From the NCBI RefSeq assembly GCF_006345805.1, contig NW_021836672.1:1-23508 (forward strand): DNA of 23,508 nucleotides, read 5' to 3'. A model generated the notes under the pieces. The model saw only the letters and a list, made by a program, of their open reading frames with translations, was not told the DNA's origin and searched no databases. The position numbers and the translations under genes were made by a program. This document shows positions 9,121 to 19,538 of this stretch, in pieces; positions within the stretch are counted from its first letter, which is position 1, and every line of letters starts with the position of its first letter. Source of the DNA: Octopus sinensis. Taxonomy: Eukaryota.

Positions 9121-9828
9121 ATATATATATATATAAATCGTGGGTGTGTGGTAAGAAGCTTGCTTCCCAATCACATGGCTCCGGGTTCAGTCTCACTGCG
9201 TGGCACCTTGGCAAGTGTCTTCAATCATAGTCTCGGGCCGACCAAAGCCTTGTAAGTGGATTCGGTAGACGGAAACTGAAAGAAGCCCGTCGTGTGTGTG
9301 TGTGTATGTGTATATATATATATAGGTATATATATTTATGTGTGTGTGTTTTTGTGTGTGTTTATCCCCCCCACCATCACTTAACAACCCACGTTGGAGT
9401 GTTTATGTCTCCGAAACTTAGCGGTTCGGCAAAAGACAATAACTACTAGTGCTCTAGCATGGCCGCAATCAAATGACGAAAACGTGTAAAAGAGTGTGTG
9501 TGTGTGTGCGTGTGCGTGCGTGTGTGTGTGTGCGTGTGCGTGCGTGTGTGTGTGTGTGTGCATGTACGCGTTTGTATTTATGTCATGTTTGTCCCACCCG
9601 AGGCCTCACTGCTTGACAGCTGGTATTTGTTTGTCTACGTCCCCGTAACTTAGCGGCTAGGCAAAAGATACTGATACAATATGTACCAGACCACCACCCC
9701 CAATAATAATTTTTTTTTTTTTTTAAAGCAAGTACTGGGAACAATCAATTCGACAAAACCCTTTAAGGCGGAGCCCCAGCATGGCCGCAATCCAATGACT
9801 GAAACATAAAAACGTAAAGATAAAGTAC
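8851..9828 (+). mobile_element. Nested family B: older B 5' half (8851-8990), inserted B (~9141-9494), older B 3' half (~9588-9828)
   Basis: Order on the + strand is head, (TA)n, complete head-to-tail B, (GT)n, 3' half. Confidence 0.75.
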
Positions 9829-10387
9829 ACTCCACTATTTAACGTCTTATCGTTTAAGATAGAGAGACAACACTTTCCAAGATTGCAATCTTTTCTTCGC
9901 TATCAAAACCTCTTTCTCTATGCCTGGCTGGGCAGATACATGACTTTATCACCATTTTTCTTTTTCTTTTTCTTTTTTTCACTCAAATCTGTCTCAAATA
10001 TAAAAACGTAATTTGTGTAAGAGATAGATTTAGGGGTACGCTCTGCTTCAGACGGGTGTGCTGCTTGTACTTTAGTGCAGGACGAGTTTACATGTTGGCC
10101 ACGAACGAACTATGTGGCACCTCTTCAAGGATGAGGCAGAAACCCAAGCTTTTGGAAGGGATGCGGCTAAAATGAGAAACAAGCTATCGCTAAATGTTTT
10201 TGTCGTAAAGGCACCTCCTATACGATGTTTATTTTACGTAACAACTTACGCGCGAGTGCGTGCGTGTGTTTGTGTGTCACTGTTTATGTAAGAAGGGATT
10301 GGAAGAATAAAAACACATTCGTTGATGCATAGTCATTTGTATTCATATGTACGGAAAACACACATATTCGTGTAATTTTAGCCCGGT

Positions 10388-10388
10388 G

Positions 10389-10431
<43 letters not shown>

Positions 10432-10432
10432 C
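10388..10432. repeat. (TATC)n microsatellite
   Basis: Direct reading. Confidence 0.95.
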
Positions 10433-10436
10433 TACC

Positions 10437-11215
10437 TTATTTTTTTTATTGCCCACAGGGGGCTAAACATAAAGGGGACAAAAAAGAACAGACAAAGTTG
10501 CTTACATCGACCCCAGTGCGTAACTGGTACTTAATTTATCGACCCCGAAAGGATGAAAGGCAAAGTCGACCTCGGCGGAGTTTGAACTCAGAACGTAGCG
10601 GCAGACGAAATACCTATTTCTTTACTACCCGCAAGGGGCTAAACACAGAGAGGACAAACAAGGACAGACAAAGGGATTAAGTCGATTATATCGACCCCAG
10701 TGGTAAACTGGTACTTATTTAATCGACCCCGAAAGGCTGAAAGGCAAAGTCGACCTCGGCGGAGTTTGAACTCAGAACGTAGCGGCAGACGAAATACTTA
10801 TTTCTTTACTACCCGCAAGGGGCTAAACACAGAGAGGACAAACAAGGACAGACAAAGGGATTAAGTCGATTATATCGACCCCAGTGGTAAACTGGTACTT
10901 ATTTAATCGACCCCGAAAGGCTGAAAGGCAAAGTCGACCTCGGCGGAGTTTGAACTCAGAACGTAGCGGCAGACGAAATACTTATTTCTTTACTACCCGC
11001 AAGGGGCTAAACACAGAGAGGACAAACAAGGACAGACAAAGGGATTAAGTTGCTTACATCGACCCCAGTGCGTAACTGGTACTTATTTAATCGACCCCGA
11101 AAGGATGAAAGGCAAAGTCGACCTCGACGGAATTTGAACTCAGAACATAGTGGCAGACGAAATACCTCTAAGCATTTCGCCCGGCGTGCTAACGTTTCTG
11201 CCAGCTCACCGCCTT
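10437..11215 (-). mobile_element. SINE A-t tetramer: one full-length copy followed by three 5'-truncated units of 184, 184 and ~178 bp
   Basis: Junctions gaaatac(c/t)/tatttc at 10614/10615, 10798/10799 and 10982/10983; head only at 11160-11215; the two middle units are identical. Confidence 0.95.
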
Positions 11216-11285
<70 letters not shown>

Positions 11286-11318
11286 ATCTATCTATCTACC
11301 TACCTATCTATCTATCTA

Positions 11319-11373
<55 letters not shown>

Positions 11374-11381
11374 ATATCTAT
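11216..11381. repeat. (TATC)n microsatellite
   Basis: Direct reading. Confidence 0.97.
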
Positions 11382-11409
11382 CTTGCTTATTGAAAAAAAA
11401 AGAAAGAAA

Positions 11410-11709
11410 TATAACATGTGACTTCATTGACCGAGGTTACCGTGGTCTTTTCCGTAGGCTTTCTTTCCACGGTAAACCTCACCTGTCCTCCCCTTTACAC
11501 TTCATATGGACATTTCTGTGATAACGATCCCTATTGATCAATTTTTTTCCTCCCCCTTTTTTTTAACCCCCCCCCCCTTTTTGTCCTCTTTCTCTCCTTT
11601 ACGATCCCTTTTGATCGAACCCCCCCTTTTTTTTCTACCTTCAAAAGAAAAGCTCTACCTTGTAATTTGTTCTATCTGTGTGCAGCCCTGTGTGGCTAAT
11701 AAAGAAACA
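11410..11709 (+). mobile_element. Unclassified element ending in a homologue of the A-t tail
   Basis: 11658-11709 ccttgtaatttgttctatctgtgtgcagccctgtgtggctaataaagaaaca aligns with the A-t tail ccttgtttgtcctctctgtgtttagccccttgtgggtaataaagaaa; the upstream sequence is not SINE A. Confidence 0.5.
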
Positions 11710-11742
<33 letters not shown>

Positions 11743-11785
11743 ATCTATCTATCTATCTATCTATCTGTCTGTCTGTCTGTGTCTG

Positions 11786-11830
<45 letters not shown>

Positions 11831-11880
11831 TTATCTATCTATCTGTGTGTGCGTGCGTCTATTTGTCTGTCTATCTGCCC
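11710..11880. repeat. (TATC)n/(TGTC)n microsatellite
   Basis: Direct reading. Confidence 0.95.
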
Positions 11881-12335
11881 GACGTTCTGTCTATCAATAC
11901 ATCTGTTCCTCAATCATTCAACGTGTCTGCCTGCATAACTCGGCCAAGTTTTATGTTTATCTCCCTTTTCTTCCCTCTCCATCCACGCTCATTCACACAC
12001 AAACATTATAACATTCTAGGTAATAAACGTTAGCTAATTCTTTCCAGACCCTCCTTTAATTACGATTGGGCTGCCTAAAGCAACAACAGCATTTCCCCAG
12101 CGCCCTTTTTTTTTTTTTAAGTCTCCAGAATAGATTTTTTAGTTGTTTTAACCATCGCAGTTTAAACCAATAAAAAATGCGCCGCCTTCGACTGGGAAAA
12201 TACTGCGAATGTGGCGTGCGAAACGTTTCGAATAAATATTCCTACTGAGTTACGATATGTTCATAAGTAATTTAGTGTTGCTGTGAAATTAGGTCTCGAT
12301 TTCATGCATAAGGGTTTGTGGGCAGCTTTTAATTG

Positions 12336-12475
12336 CTGTGTGTGTGTGAGTGTGCGTGTGTGTGTGTGTGTGTGAGTGTGCGTGTGTGTGTGTGTGTGAA
12401 TGCGTGTGAGTGTGTGAATGTGTGTGCGTTCCGCATACGTGTGTGTGTGTGTATATATATATACATGTGTGTGTT
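12336..12475. repeat. (GT)n microsatellite, interrupted
   Basis: Direct reading. Confidence 0.95.
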
Positions 12476-12530
12476 TATATGTTATATTTATTCATAGATA
12501 TGAGGGCGTGTGGCCTAGTGGTTAGAGAAA

Positions 12531-12572
12531 AGAGATAGATAGATAGAGATAGATAGATAGATAGATAGATAT

Positions 12573-12665
<93 letters not shown>

Positions 12666-12667
12666 AT

Positions 12668-12707
<40 letters not shown>

Positions 12708-12727
12708 TATAGAATAGATAGATAGAT

Positions 12728-12778
<51 letters not shown>
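12531..12778. repeat. (GATA)n microsatellite
   Basis: Direct reading. Confidence 0.97.
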
Positions 12779-12779
<1 letters not shown>

Positions 12780-12991
12780 GTGGCGAGCTGGCAGAATTGT
12801 TAGCATGCCGGGCGAAATGCGTAGCCGTATTTCGTCTGCCGTTACGTTCCGAGTTCAAATTCCGCCGAGGTCGACTTTGCCTTTCATCCTTTCGGGGTCG
12901 ATAAATTAAGTACCAGTTGCGTATTGGGGTAGATCTAATCGACTGGTCCCCTCCACCAAAATTTCAGACCTTGTGCCTAGAGTAGAAAAGG
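12779..12991 (+). mobile_element. SINE A-s, full length
   Basis: ggtggcgagctggcag head, A core, short tail aaatttcagaccttgtgcctagagtagaaaag. Confidence 0.9.
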
Positions 12992-13106
12992 TCATATTTG
13001 TGTTCACTCGAACAAGAGAAATTTCTCTTCTTAGATGACGTGTGAAAGCGTATTGGGCGATGAATGACACCATCGGGACGTGAGACGCATGCCTTCTGCA
13101 TTATTA

Positions 13107-13613
13107 CCGTAAATCCTCGAATACAATCCGCATTTTTTCCCAAAATTTAAAGGTCAAAATCCCTAGTGCGTATTATACACGAGGTTAAAAATGAAAATTA
13201 TTTTCTAAGCAATGTCCGAGTCTCTATTTGCTGTCCGGCAATGTTTATTCAGACGCATTTTGTGATGTCGGGCGCGAAAAGACATTAAGCTAAGCCAGAA
13301 AGCAATGAAGTCATAAAAGAATCATCCATAACTTGCACTAAGCAACATTTATTAAACGTTATTACTGTTATTTCTTTCCTGCAAACAAAATGCACAAAAA
13401 AGCTACACGTTTGCATTATGTTATATATACAATAATAATAAAGGACATTACCGTATACAGTTTTACAAACCAAGGACGTTATATAGCCCTCCTTGAATCA
13501 AGTTAGAGAAGGGGTGCGTATTATACACAAGGTTTAGGTTTTTCAGAGGTACAGCCCCCTAAAAATCCCCTGCGTATTATACTCAAGGGCGGACTATACT
13601 CGAAGATTTACGG
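13107..13613. mobile_element. Non-autonomous DNA transposon (MITE), Tc1/mariner superfamily, Tc2-like CCGTA termini
   Basis: TA TSD at 13105-13106 and 13614-13615; TIRs ccgtaaatcctcgaatacaatccgc / gcggactatactcgaagatttacgg (21/25 match); subterminal tgcgtattatac x3; no transposase ORF. Confidence 0.9.
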
Positions 13614-13787
13614 TACTCGTCATCAGCCACAAATGCCGAATTCGTTGACATCCCTATCGGAAATGAACCGAGTTCTCTTAGATATACTCGAACACAGCTA
13701 GTTGGGTGATTGGGTGACTGGTGTATGGTTATGAGACTGAAGAGATTCAGAAGAATTTGATGACAAAGAAGAAATTGTCAGTTCTTT

Positions 13788-14195
13788 AGGCATGGCTGTG
13801 TGCTTAAGAAGCTGGCTTCGCAATCGTGTGGTTTCAGGTTCAGTCCCCCATTGCGGCATCTCGGGCCAAAGCCTTGTGAGTGAATTTGTTCGAGAGAAAT
13901 TGTATCGAAAACTGTCGTAGTGTGTGTATATGTGTATGCATGCGTGTGTGTGTGTGTGTATTTGTGAGTGTCTTTGTATTTCTGTTTGTCCTCTCACCGC
14001 ATAACAACCGGTGATGGTTTGTTTAACTTCTCGTAAACTAGCGGCTCGACATAAGAGATCGATAGAATCAGTACCAGACTTCAAAAAAGGTGGGGCTGGA
14101 CAAAACATTAGTACTGGGGTTGATTTGTTGAACTAAAATGCTTCATGGCTTTGCCCCAGCATGGCCGCAATCCAATGACAAACAAGTAAAAGATT
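13788..14195 (+). mobile_element. Old diverged SINE family B
   Basis: catggctgtgtgcttaagaag...caaagccttgtgagtg...(TG)n...cccagcatggccgcaatccaatgac. Confidence 0.8.
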
Positions 14196-14917
14196 CGAAT
14201 TTGTACCTTATTGTCTCCATACATATATTATGCGTTGACATAAAATATTTAACCCCAACTGAGCTTTGATCGAGCAGATAGTCCCAGATCAGCTTAGGAT
14301 TATGATCAAAGATGTTCCAGTCGAGACCATGCCATCTCATATTCAAATATAGCATACCTATGATTATATTATCCCGTGTGTATAGTATTATCATGATTAT
14401 ATTATCCATCGTTATATGGTGTGATATAATTTGAGGTAGATTTAGCTGCTACTTCTAGCCGGTCGTAAGACTCTTTGGAGGCTCTCTCGTTAGCTTGTTT
14501 GACGTAGATATGCATATAGGCTGCTATTCGAATATGATTCAACATGCCTAGGTGTGCGTATATATGTGTGTGCATGTATGTGTATGTGTGTACCTGTATG
14601 TGTGGAAATATCCTGTATGCCTCCATACGAAAATCAAGATAACAATCTATGCGATTTATATTCCAAGTGGCATTAATGACAACCGGAAGTCATTAAAATA
14701 GAAGTTCAGCAGTGAAGAGGATACATTTTAATTGTCGACATGAACACCTATAACTACTAATGAGTAAATATTTACACTTTAGTCATCTCTATATACTTAT
14801 GAAATGGTAGGCATTACGGTTAATACGTTTCTTTTATAAGTATCTAAATGCTAATTCCTTTCGTCTGCCCCGAAGACGGAGACAGACGATTTCAGATGAG
14901 TCTATAATTGTTTCTAC

Positions 14918-15080
14918 TCTAGCCACAAGGCCTGAAATTTTGTTGGGTATGGGTGCTAGTCGATAGCATCGACCCCCAGAACTTGGCTGGTATATTATTT
15001 TATCGACCCTGAAAAGATGAAATATATAGTCGACTTCGGCGGAATTTGAACCCCAAACGTAAAGAGCCGGAAGAAATACC
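14918..15080 (-). mobile_element. Diverged SINE A-s
   Basis: cacaaggcctgaaatttt...tcgacttcggcggaatttgaac...gaaatacc. Confidence 0.75.
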
Positions 15081-15406
15081 CCAGGACTTATTCTTTGGAA
15101 GCCCAGTACTTATTCTATCGGTCTCTTTTACCGAACCACTAAGTGACGGGGACGTAAACACACCAGCATCGGTTGTCAAGCGATGTTCGGGGGGACGACA
15201 AACAAAGACACACACACACATATATACATATACATATATACGACAGGCTTCTTTCAGTTTCCGTCTACTAAATCCACTCAGAAGGCTTTGGTCGGCGGCC
15301 TGAGGCTATAGTAGAAGACACTTGCCCAAGGTGCCACGCAGTGGGACTGAACCCGGAACCATGTGGTTGGTAAGCAAGCTACTTACCACACAGCCACTCC
15401 TACGCC
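15077..15406 (-). mobile_element. SINE family B, 3' end missing
   Basis: Reverse complement of the B head (accacacagccactcctacgcc) and body. Confidence 0.9.
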
Positions 15407-15517
15407 TTGCTGTCAGTAAACAAATATAAAAGGGCCGGTACATTGCTCGGGGGCCTATAAGCTGTTAAGACGCGCCCAGCTTATATCTAAGCCAGAAATT
15501 ATTACTTTTAAAAAATT

Positions 15518-16372
15518 AAGGCAGCAAGCTGGCAGAATTGTTAGCACCCCGGACAAAACACTTAGCGGCGTTTTGTCAGTCTTTACGTTCTGAGTTCAAA
15601 TGCCGCCGAGTTCAACTTTGCCTTTCATCCTTTCGGGGTCGATAAAATAAATACCTATTTCTTTATTACCCACAAGGGGCTGAACACAGAGGGGACAAAC
15701 AAGGACAGATATAGGTATTAAGTTGATTACATCGACCCCAGTGCATAACTGGTACTTAATTTATCGACCCCGAAAGGATGAAAGGTAAAGTCGACCTCGG
15801 CGGAATTTGAACTCACAACGTAACGGCAGACGAAATACCTATTTCTTTATTACCCACAAGGGGCTAAACACAGAGCGGACAAACAAGGACAGACATAGGT
15901 ATTAAGGCGACGAGCTAGCAGAATCGTTAGCACGTCGGGCGAAATGCTTAGCGGTATTTCGTCTGCCGTTACGTTGTGAGTTCAAATTCCGCCGAGGTCG
16001 ACTTTGCCTTTCATCCTTTCGGGGTCGATAAATTAAGTACCAGTTAAGCACTGGGGTCGATATAATCGACTTAATACCTATGTCTGTCCATGTTTGTCCC
16101 CTCTATGTTCAGCCCCTTGTGGGTAATAAAGAAATAGGTATTAAGTCGATTACATCGACCCCAGTGCATAACTGGTACTTAATTTATCGACCCCCGAAAG
16201 GATGAAAGGTAAAGTCGACCTCGGCGGAATTTGAACTCACAACGTAACGGCAGACGAAATACCGCTAAGCATTTCGCCCGACGTGCTAACGTCTCTGCCA
16301 GCTCGCAGTTGAGTAATGGAGGTCGATGTAATCGACTTACCCCCCTCCTTCAAAACTTCAAGCCTTGTTCTT
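15518..16372. mobile_element. Three-level nest: host SINE A (+; 15518-15655 and 16307-16372) contains an A-t dimer (-; 15656-15905 and 16137-16306), which contains an A-t monomer (+; 15906-16136)
   Basis: The host reads continuously gataaaataaatacc/agttgagtaatggaggtcgat when the insert is removed; the inner copy has an 8-bp TSD ggtattaa (15898-15905, 16137-16144); 184-bp unit 15656-15839. Confidence 0.92.
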
Positions 16373-16862
16373 GAAAGGACTATTAAAAGAAAAAAAATTG
16401 TTTAAGCACCCCAATATTTCATGTTAGCGTATATTGTTCTTATTCATCGCGCGGGATGTTTTTGGAAGTCTTATTCACTGCCATCTGCTTTATTTCATTT
16501 ACTTCGCTTCGTGGAATATCTATTGTGCCCTTTTAATTAACCCTTCTATTAGTCTATGTTGGTTGGGTTCTGTCTTTTTGCAACGTTCCATTATTTACTT
16601 AACCCGCATCATTTTCTTGTATGAATGCGCAAACTCATAGAAATAGGTTAACTTGCCGATGTCACTGGGTATTGAAATGTTAAGATTTTTATTTTGCTAT
16701 TATTTTTTCCCCTTCTACATTGTTTATCGGCGTCTTTTAACAAACGTTGGTTATTTAAGAGCATATCTCCTAGAAGACTGTCTGTTTGCTATTTAGTCGG
16801 GGTTAGCTCTAACTTATTCTGGGTAAGATCTTGAGCAGCTGATGTTAGGTGATACATATATT

Positions 16863-17284
16863 TATTTGTTTACTGCCCACAAGGGGCTACACACAAGGGG
16901 ACAAACAAGGGCAGACAAGCGGATTAAGTCGATTAGATCGACCCCAGTGCGTAACTGGTACTTATTTAATCGAATCCGAAAGGATGAAAGGCAAAGTCGA
17001 CCTCGGCGGAATTTGAACTCAGAACGTAGCGACAGACGAAATACCTATTTCTTTTTCTTTACTACCCACAAGGGGCTAAACACAGAGAGGACAAACAAGG
17101 ACAGACAAGCGTATTAAGTCGATTATATCGACCCCAGTGCGTAACTGGTACTCATTTAATCAATCCCGAAAGGATGAAAGGCAAAGTCGACCTTGGCGGA
17201 ATTTGAACTCAGAACGTAGCGGCAGATGAAATACCGCTAATCATTTCGCCCGGCGTGCTAACGTTTCTGCCAGCTCGCCGCCTT
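16863..17284 (-). mobile_element. SINE A-t dimer (full-length copy plus a ~183-bp truncated unit)
   Basis: Junction gaaatacc/tatttc at 17045/17046; single head at 17230-17284. Confidence 0.93.
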
Positions 17285-17293
17285 AGAATAAAT

Positions 17294-17520
17294 GTTCCTT
17301 CTCGAGCCATGCCAGGCTCATAAGGGCCAGTTTCCCGGTTTCAGTGGCGTATAAATTCCCCACCTGGACGGGACGCCGGCCCGTCGCAGGATTACTCACT
17401 TTTGCCAGCTGAGTGGACTGGAGCAACGTGAAATGAAGTGTTTTGCTCAAGAACACAACGCATCGCCCGGTCCAGGAATCGAAACCACAACTTTACGATC
17501 ATGAATTCAACACTCTAACC
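17294..17520 (-). mobile_element. Family C-related SINE
   Basis: Tail gttccttctcgagccatgccaggctcat is nearly the reverse complement of 19389-19416; B-box ggtttcgattcc on the minus strand. Confidence 0.8.
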
Positions 17521-17697
17521 GCCCCTCCACTACGTGATACATACATTACCAACTTGTTATTCAGTCTTTGCGAAATATGGCTGAACTGTAGTAACAAAAA
17601 AAAAAGCGAGACTTCTTGCTTCTAATGAAACATGACACAGCAAAATATCACAATCGCTGGTACCAGTAATACGTACAATACCGACATTATTATTAAG

Positions 17698-19432
17698 TTT
17701 AATGGGATCGCTGGTTCGAATCTCAGACCGGGCGATGTTTGTGTTTATGAGCGAAACACCTAAGCTCCACGCGGTTCCGGCAGAAGGTAATGGCGAACTT
17801 CTGCTGACTCTTTAATGGGATCGCAGGTTCGAATCTGAGACCGGGCGATGTGTGTGTTTATGAGCGAAACACCTTAGCTCCACGCGGTTCCGGCAGAAGG
17901 TAATGGCGATCTTCTGCTGACTCTTTAATGGGATCGCAGGTTCGAATCTGAGACCGGGCGATGTGTTTGTGTTTATGAGCGAAACACCTTAGCTCACGCG
18001 GTTCCGGCAGAAGGTATGGCGATCTTCTGCTGACTCTTTAATGGAATCGCAGGTTCGAATCTGAGACCGGGCGATGTGTGTGTTTATGAGCGAAACACCT
18101 TAGCTCCACGCGGTTCCGGCAGAAGGTAATGGCGATCTTCTGCTGACTCTTTAATGGGATCGCAGGTTCGAATCTGAGACCGGGCGATGTGTGTGTTTAT
18201 GAGCGAAACACCTTAGCTCCACGCGGTTCCGGCAGAAGGTAATGGCGATCTTCTGCTGACTCTTTAATGGGATCGCAGGTTCGAATCTGAGACCGGGCGA
18301 TGTGTGTGTTTATGAGCGAAACACCTTAGCTCCACGCGGTTCCGGCAGAAGGTAATGGCGATCTTCTGCTGACTCTTTAATGGGATCGCAGGTTCGAATC
18401 TGAGACCGGGCGATGTGTGTGTTTTTTGAGCGAAACACTTAGCTCCCCGCGTTCCGGCAGAAGGAATGGCGATCTTCTGCTGACTCTTTAATGGGATCGC
18501 AGGTTCGAATCTGAGACCGGGCGATGTGGGTGTTTTATGAGCGAAACACCTTAGCTCCACGCGGTTCCGGCAGAAGGTAATGGCGATCTTCTGCTGACTC
18601 TTTAATGGGATCGCAGGTTCGAATCTGAGACCGGGCGATGTGTGTGTTTATGAGCGAACACCTTAGCTCCACGCGGTTCCGGCAGAAGGTAATGGCGATC
18701 TTCTGCTGACTCTTTAATGGGATCGCAGGTTCGAATCTGGGAGACCGGGCGATGTGTGGTTATGAGCGAAACCCCTTAGCTCCAAGCGGTTCCGGCAGAA
18801 GGTAATGGCGATCTCTGCTGACTCTTTAATGGTATCGCAGGTTCGAATCTGAGACCGGGCGATGTGTGTGTTTTATGACGAAACACCTTAGCTCCACGCG
18901 GTTCCGGCAGAAGGTAATGGCGATCTTCTGCTGACTCTTTAATGGGATCGCAGGTTCGAATCTGAGACCGGCTATGTGTGTGTTTATAGCGAAACACCTA
19001 AGCTCCACGCGGTTCCGGCAGAAGGTAATGGCGATCTTCTGCTGACTCTTTAATGGGATCGCAGGTTCGAATCTGAGACAGGCGATTGTGTGTTTATGAG
19101 CGAAACACCTAAGCTCCACGCGGTTCGGCAGAAGGTAATGGCGAACTTCTGCTGACTCTTTAATGGGATCGCAGGTTCGAATCTGAGACCGGGCGATGTG
19201 TGTGTTTATGAGCGAAACACCTTAGCTCCACGCGGTACCGGCAGAAGGTAATGGCGAACTTCTGCTGGCTCTTTCACCACAACTTTCTCTCACTCTTTCC
19301 TCCTGCATCTTGCAGCTCACCTGCGACGGACCGGCGTCCCGTCCATGTGGGGAACCTATACGCCAAGGAAACTGGGAAACCGGTCCTTATGAGCCAGGCA
19401 TGGCTCGAGAAGGAACAAACAACAAACAAACT
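17698..19432 (+). repeat. Tandem array of 14 x ~113-bp units derived from the family C SINE interior; the last unit runs into the SINE 3' tail
   Basis: tttaatgg unit starts at 17698, 17811, 17924, 18037, 18150, 18263, 18376, 18487, 18601, 18713, 18825, 18938, 19049 and 19159; unique body and tail ~19272-19432. Confidence 0.97.
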
Positions 19433-19538
19433 GAATGTGTTATATTGTAATGGTTGAGTTGTGTTTGTGTTGCTTTTATTGGATTGCGTTTGTGTAGAGT
19501 ATGTGTTGTGTGAGTTGAGCAATTGAATTCAAAATACT

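Noticed and set aside
10600-10625. Hammerhead at the A-t concatemer junction (GAAATA..TATTTC)
   Set aside because: No CTGANGA on either strand of the 184-bp unit
12205-12237. Palindrome cgaaacgtttcg followed by aataaa as a PLE hammerhead
   Set aside because: The upstream core (ctgcgaa) and stem II do not fit; too little support
8626-13080. Further acceptor-like sites (8626, 10080, 12047, 13033) as exons
   Set aside because: No convincing paired donor with an open frame or recognisable peptide; expected by chance in pyrimidine-rich DNA
17745-17760. Hammerhead core in ttatgagcgaaacac
   Set aside because: No CTGANGA and no stem II; the homologous position in other copies is the ordinary gtgttcttgagcaaaacac SINE motif
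17775-17810. HDV/CPEB3-like ribozyme suggested by ggcagaag...ggtaatggcgaacttctgctg
   Set aside because: The putative P2 strands close a simple 11-nt loop, leaving no room for P3/L3/P1/P4, and there is no L3-like sequence
18264-19119. Repetitive minus-strand ORFs (MELRCFAHK...)
   Set aside because: These are translations of the 113-bp satellite, and frames shift with unit indels
17698-19272. CRISPR-like array
   Set aside because: Units are contiguous near-identical repeats with no unique spacers, are clearly SINE-derived, and have no cas genes nearby
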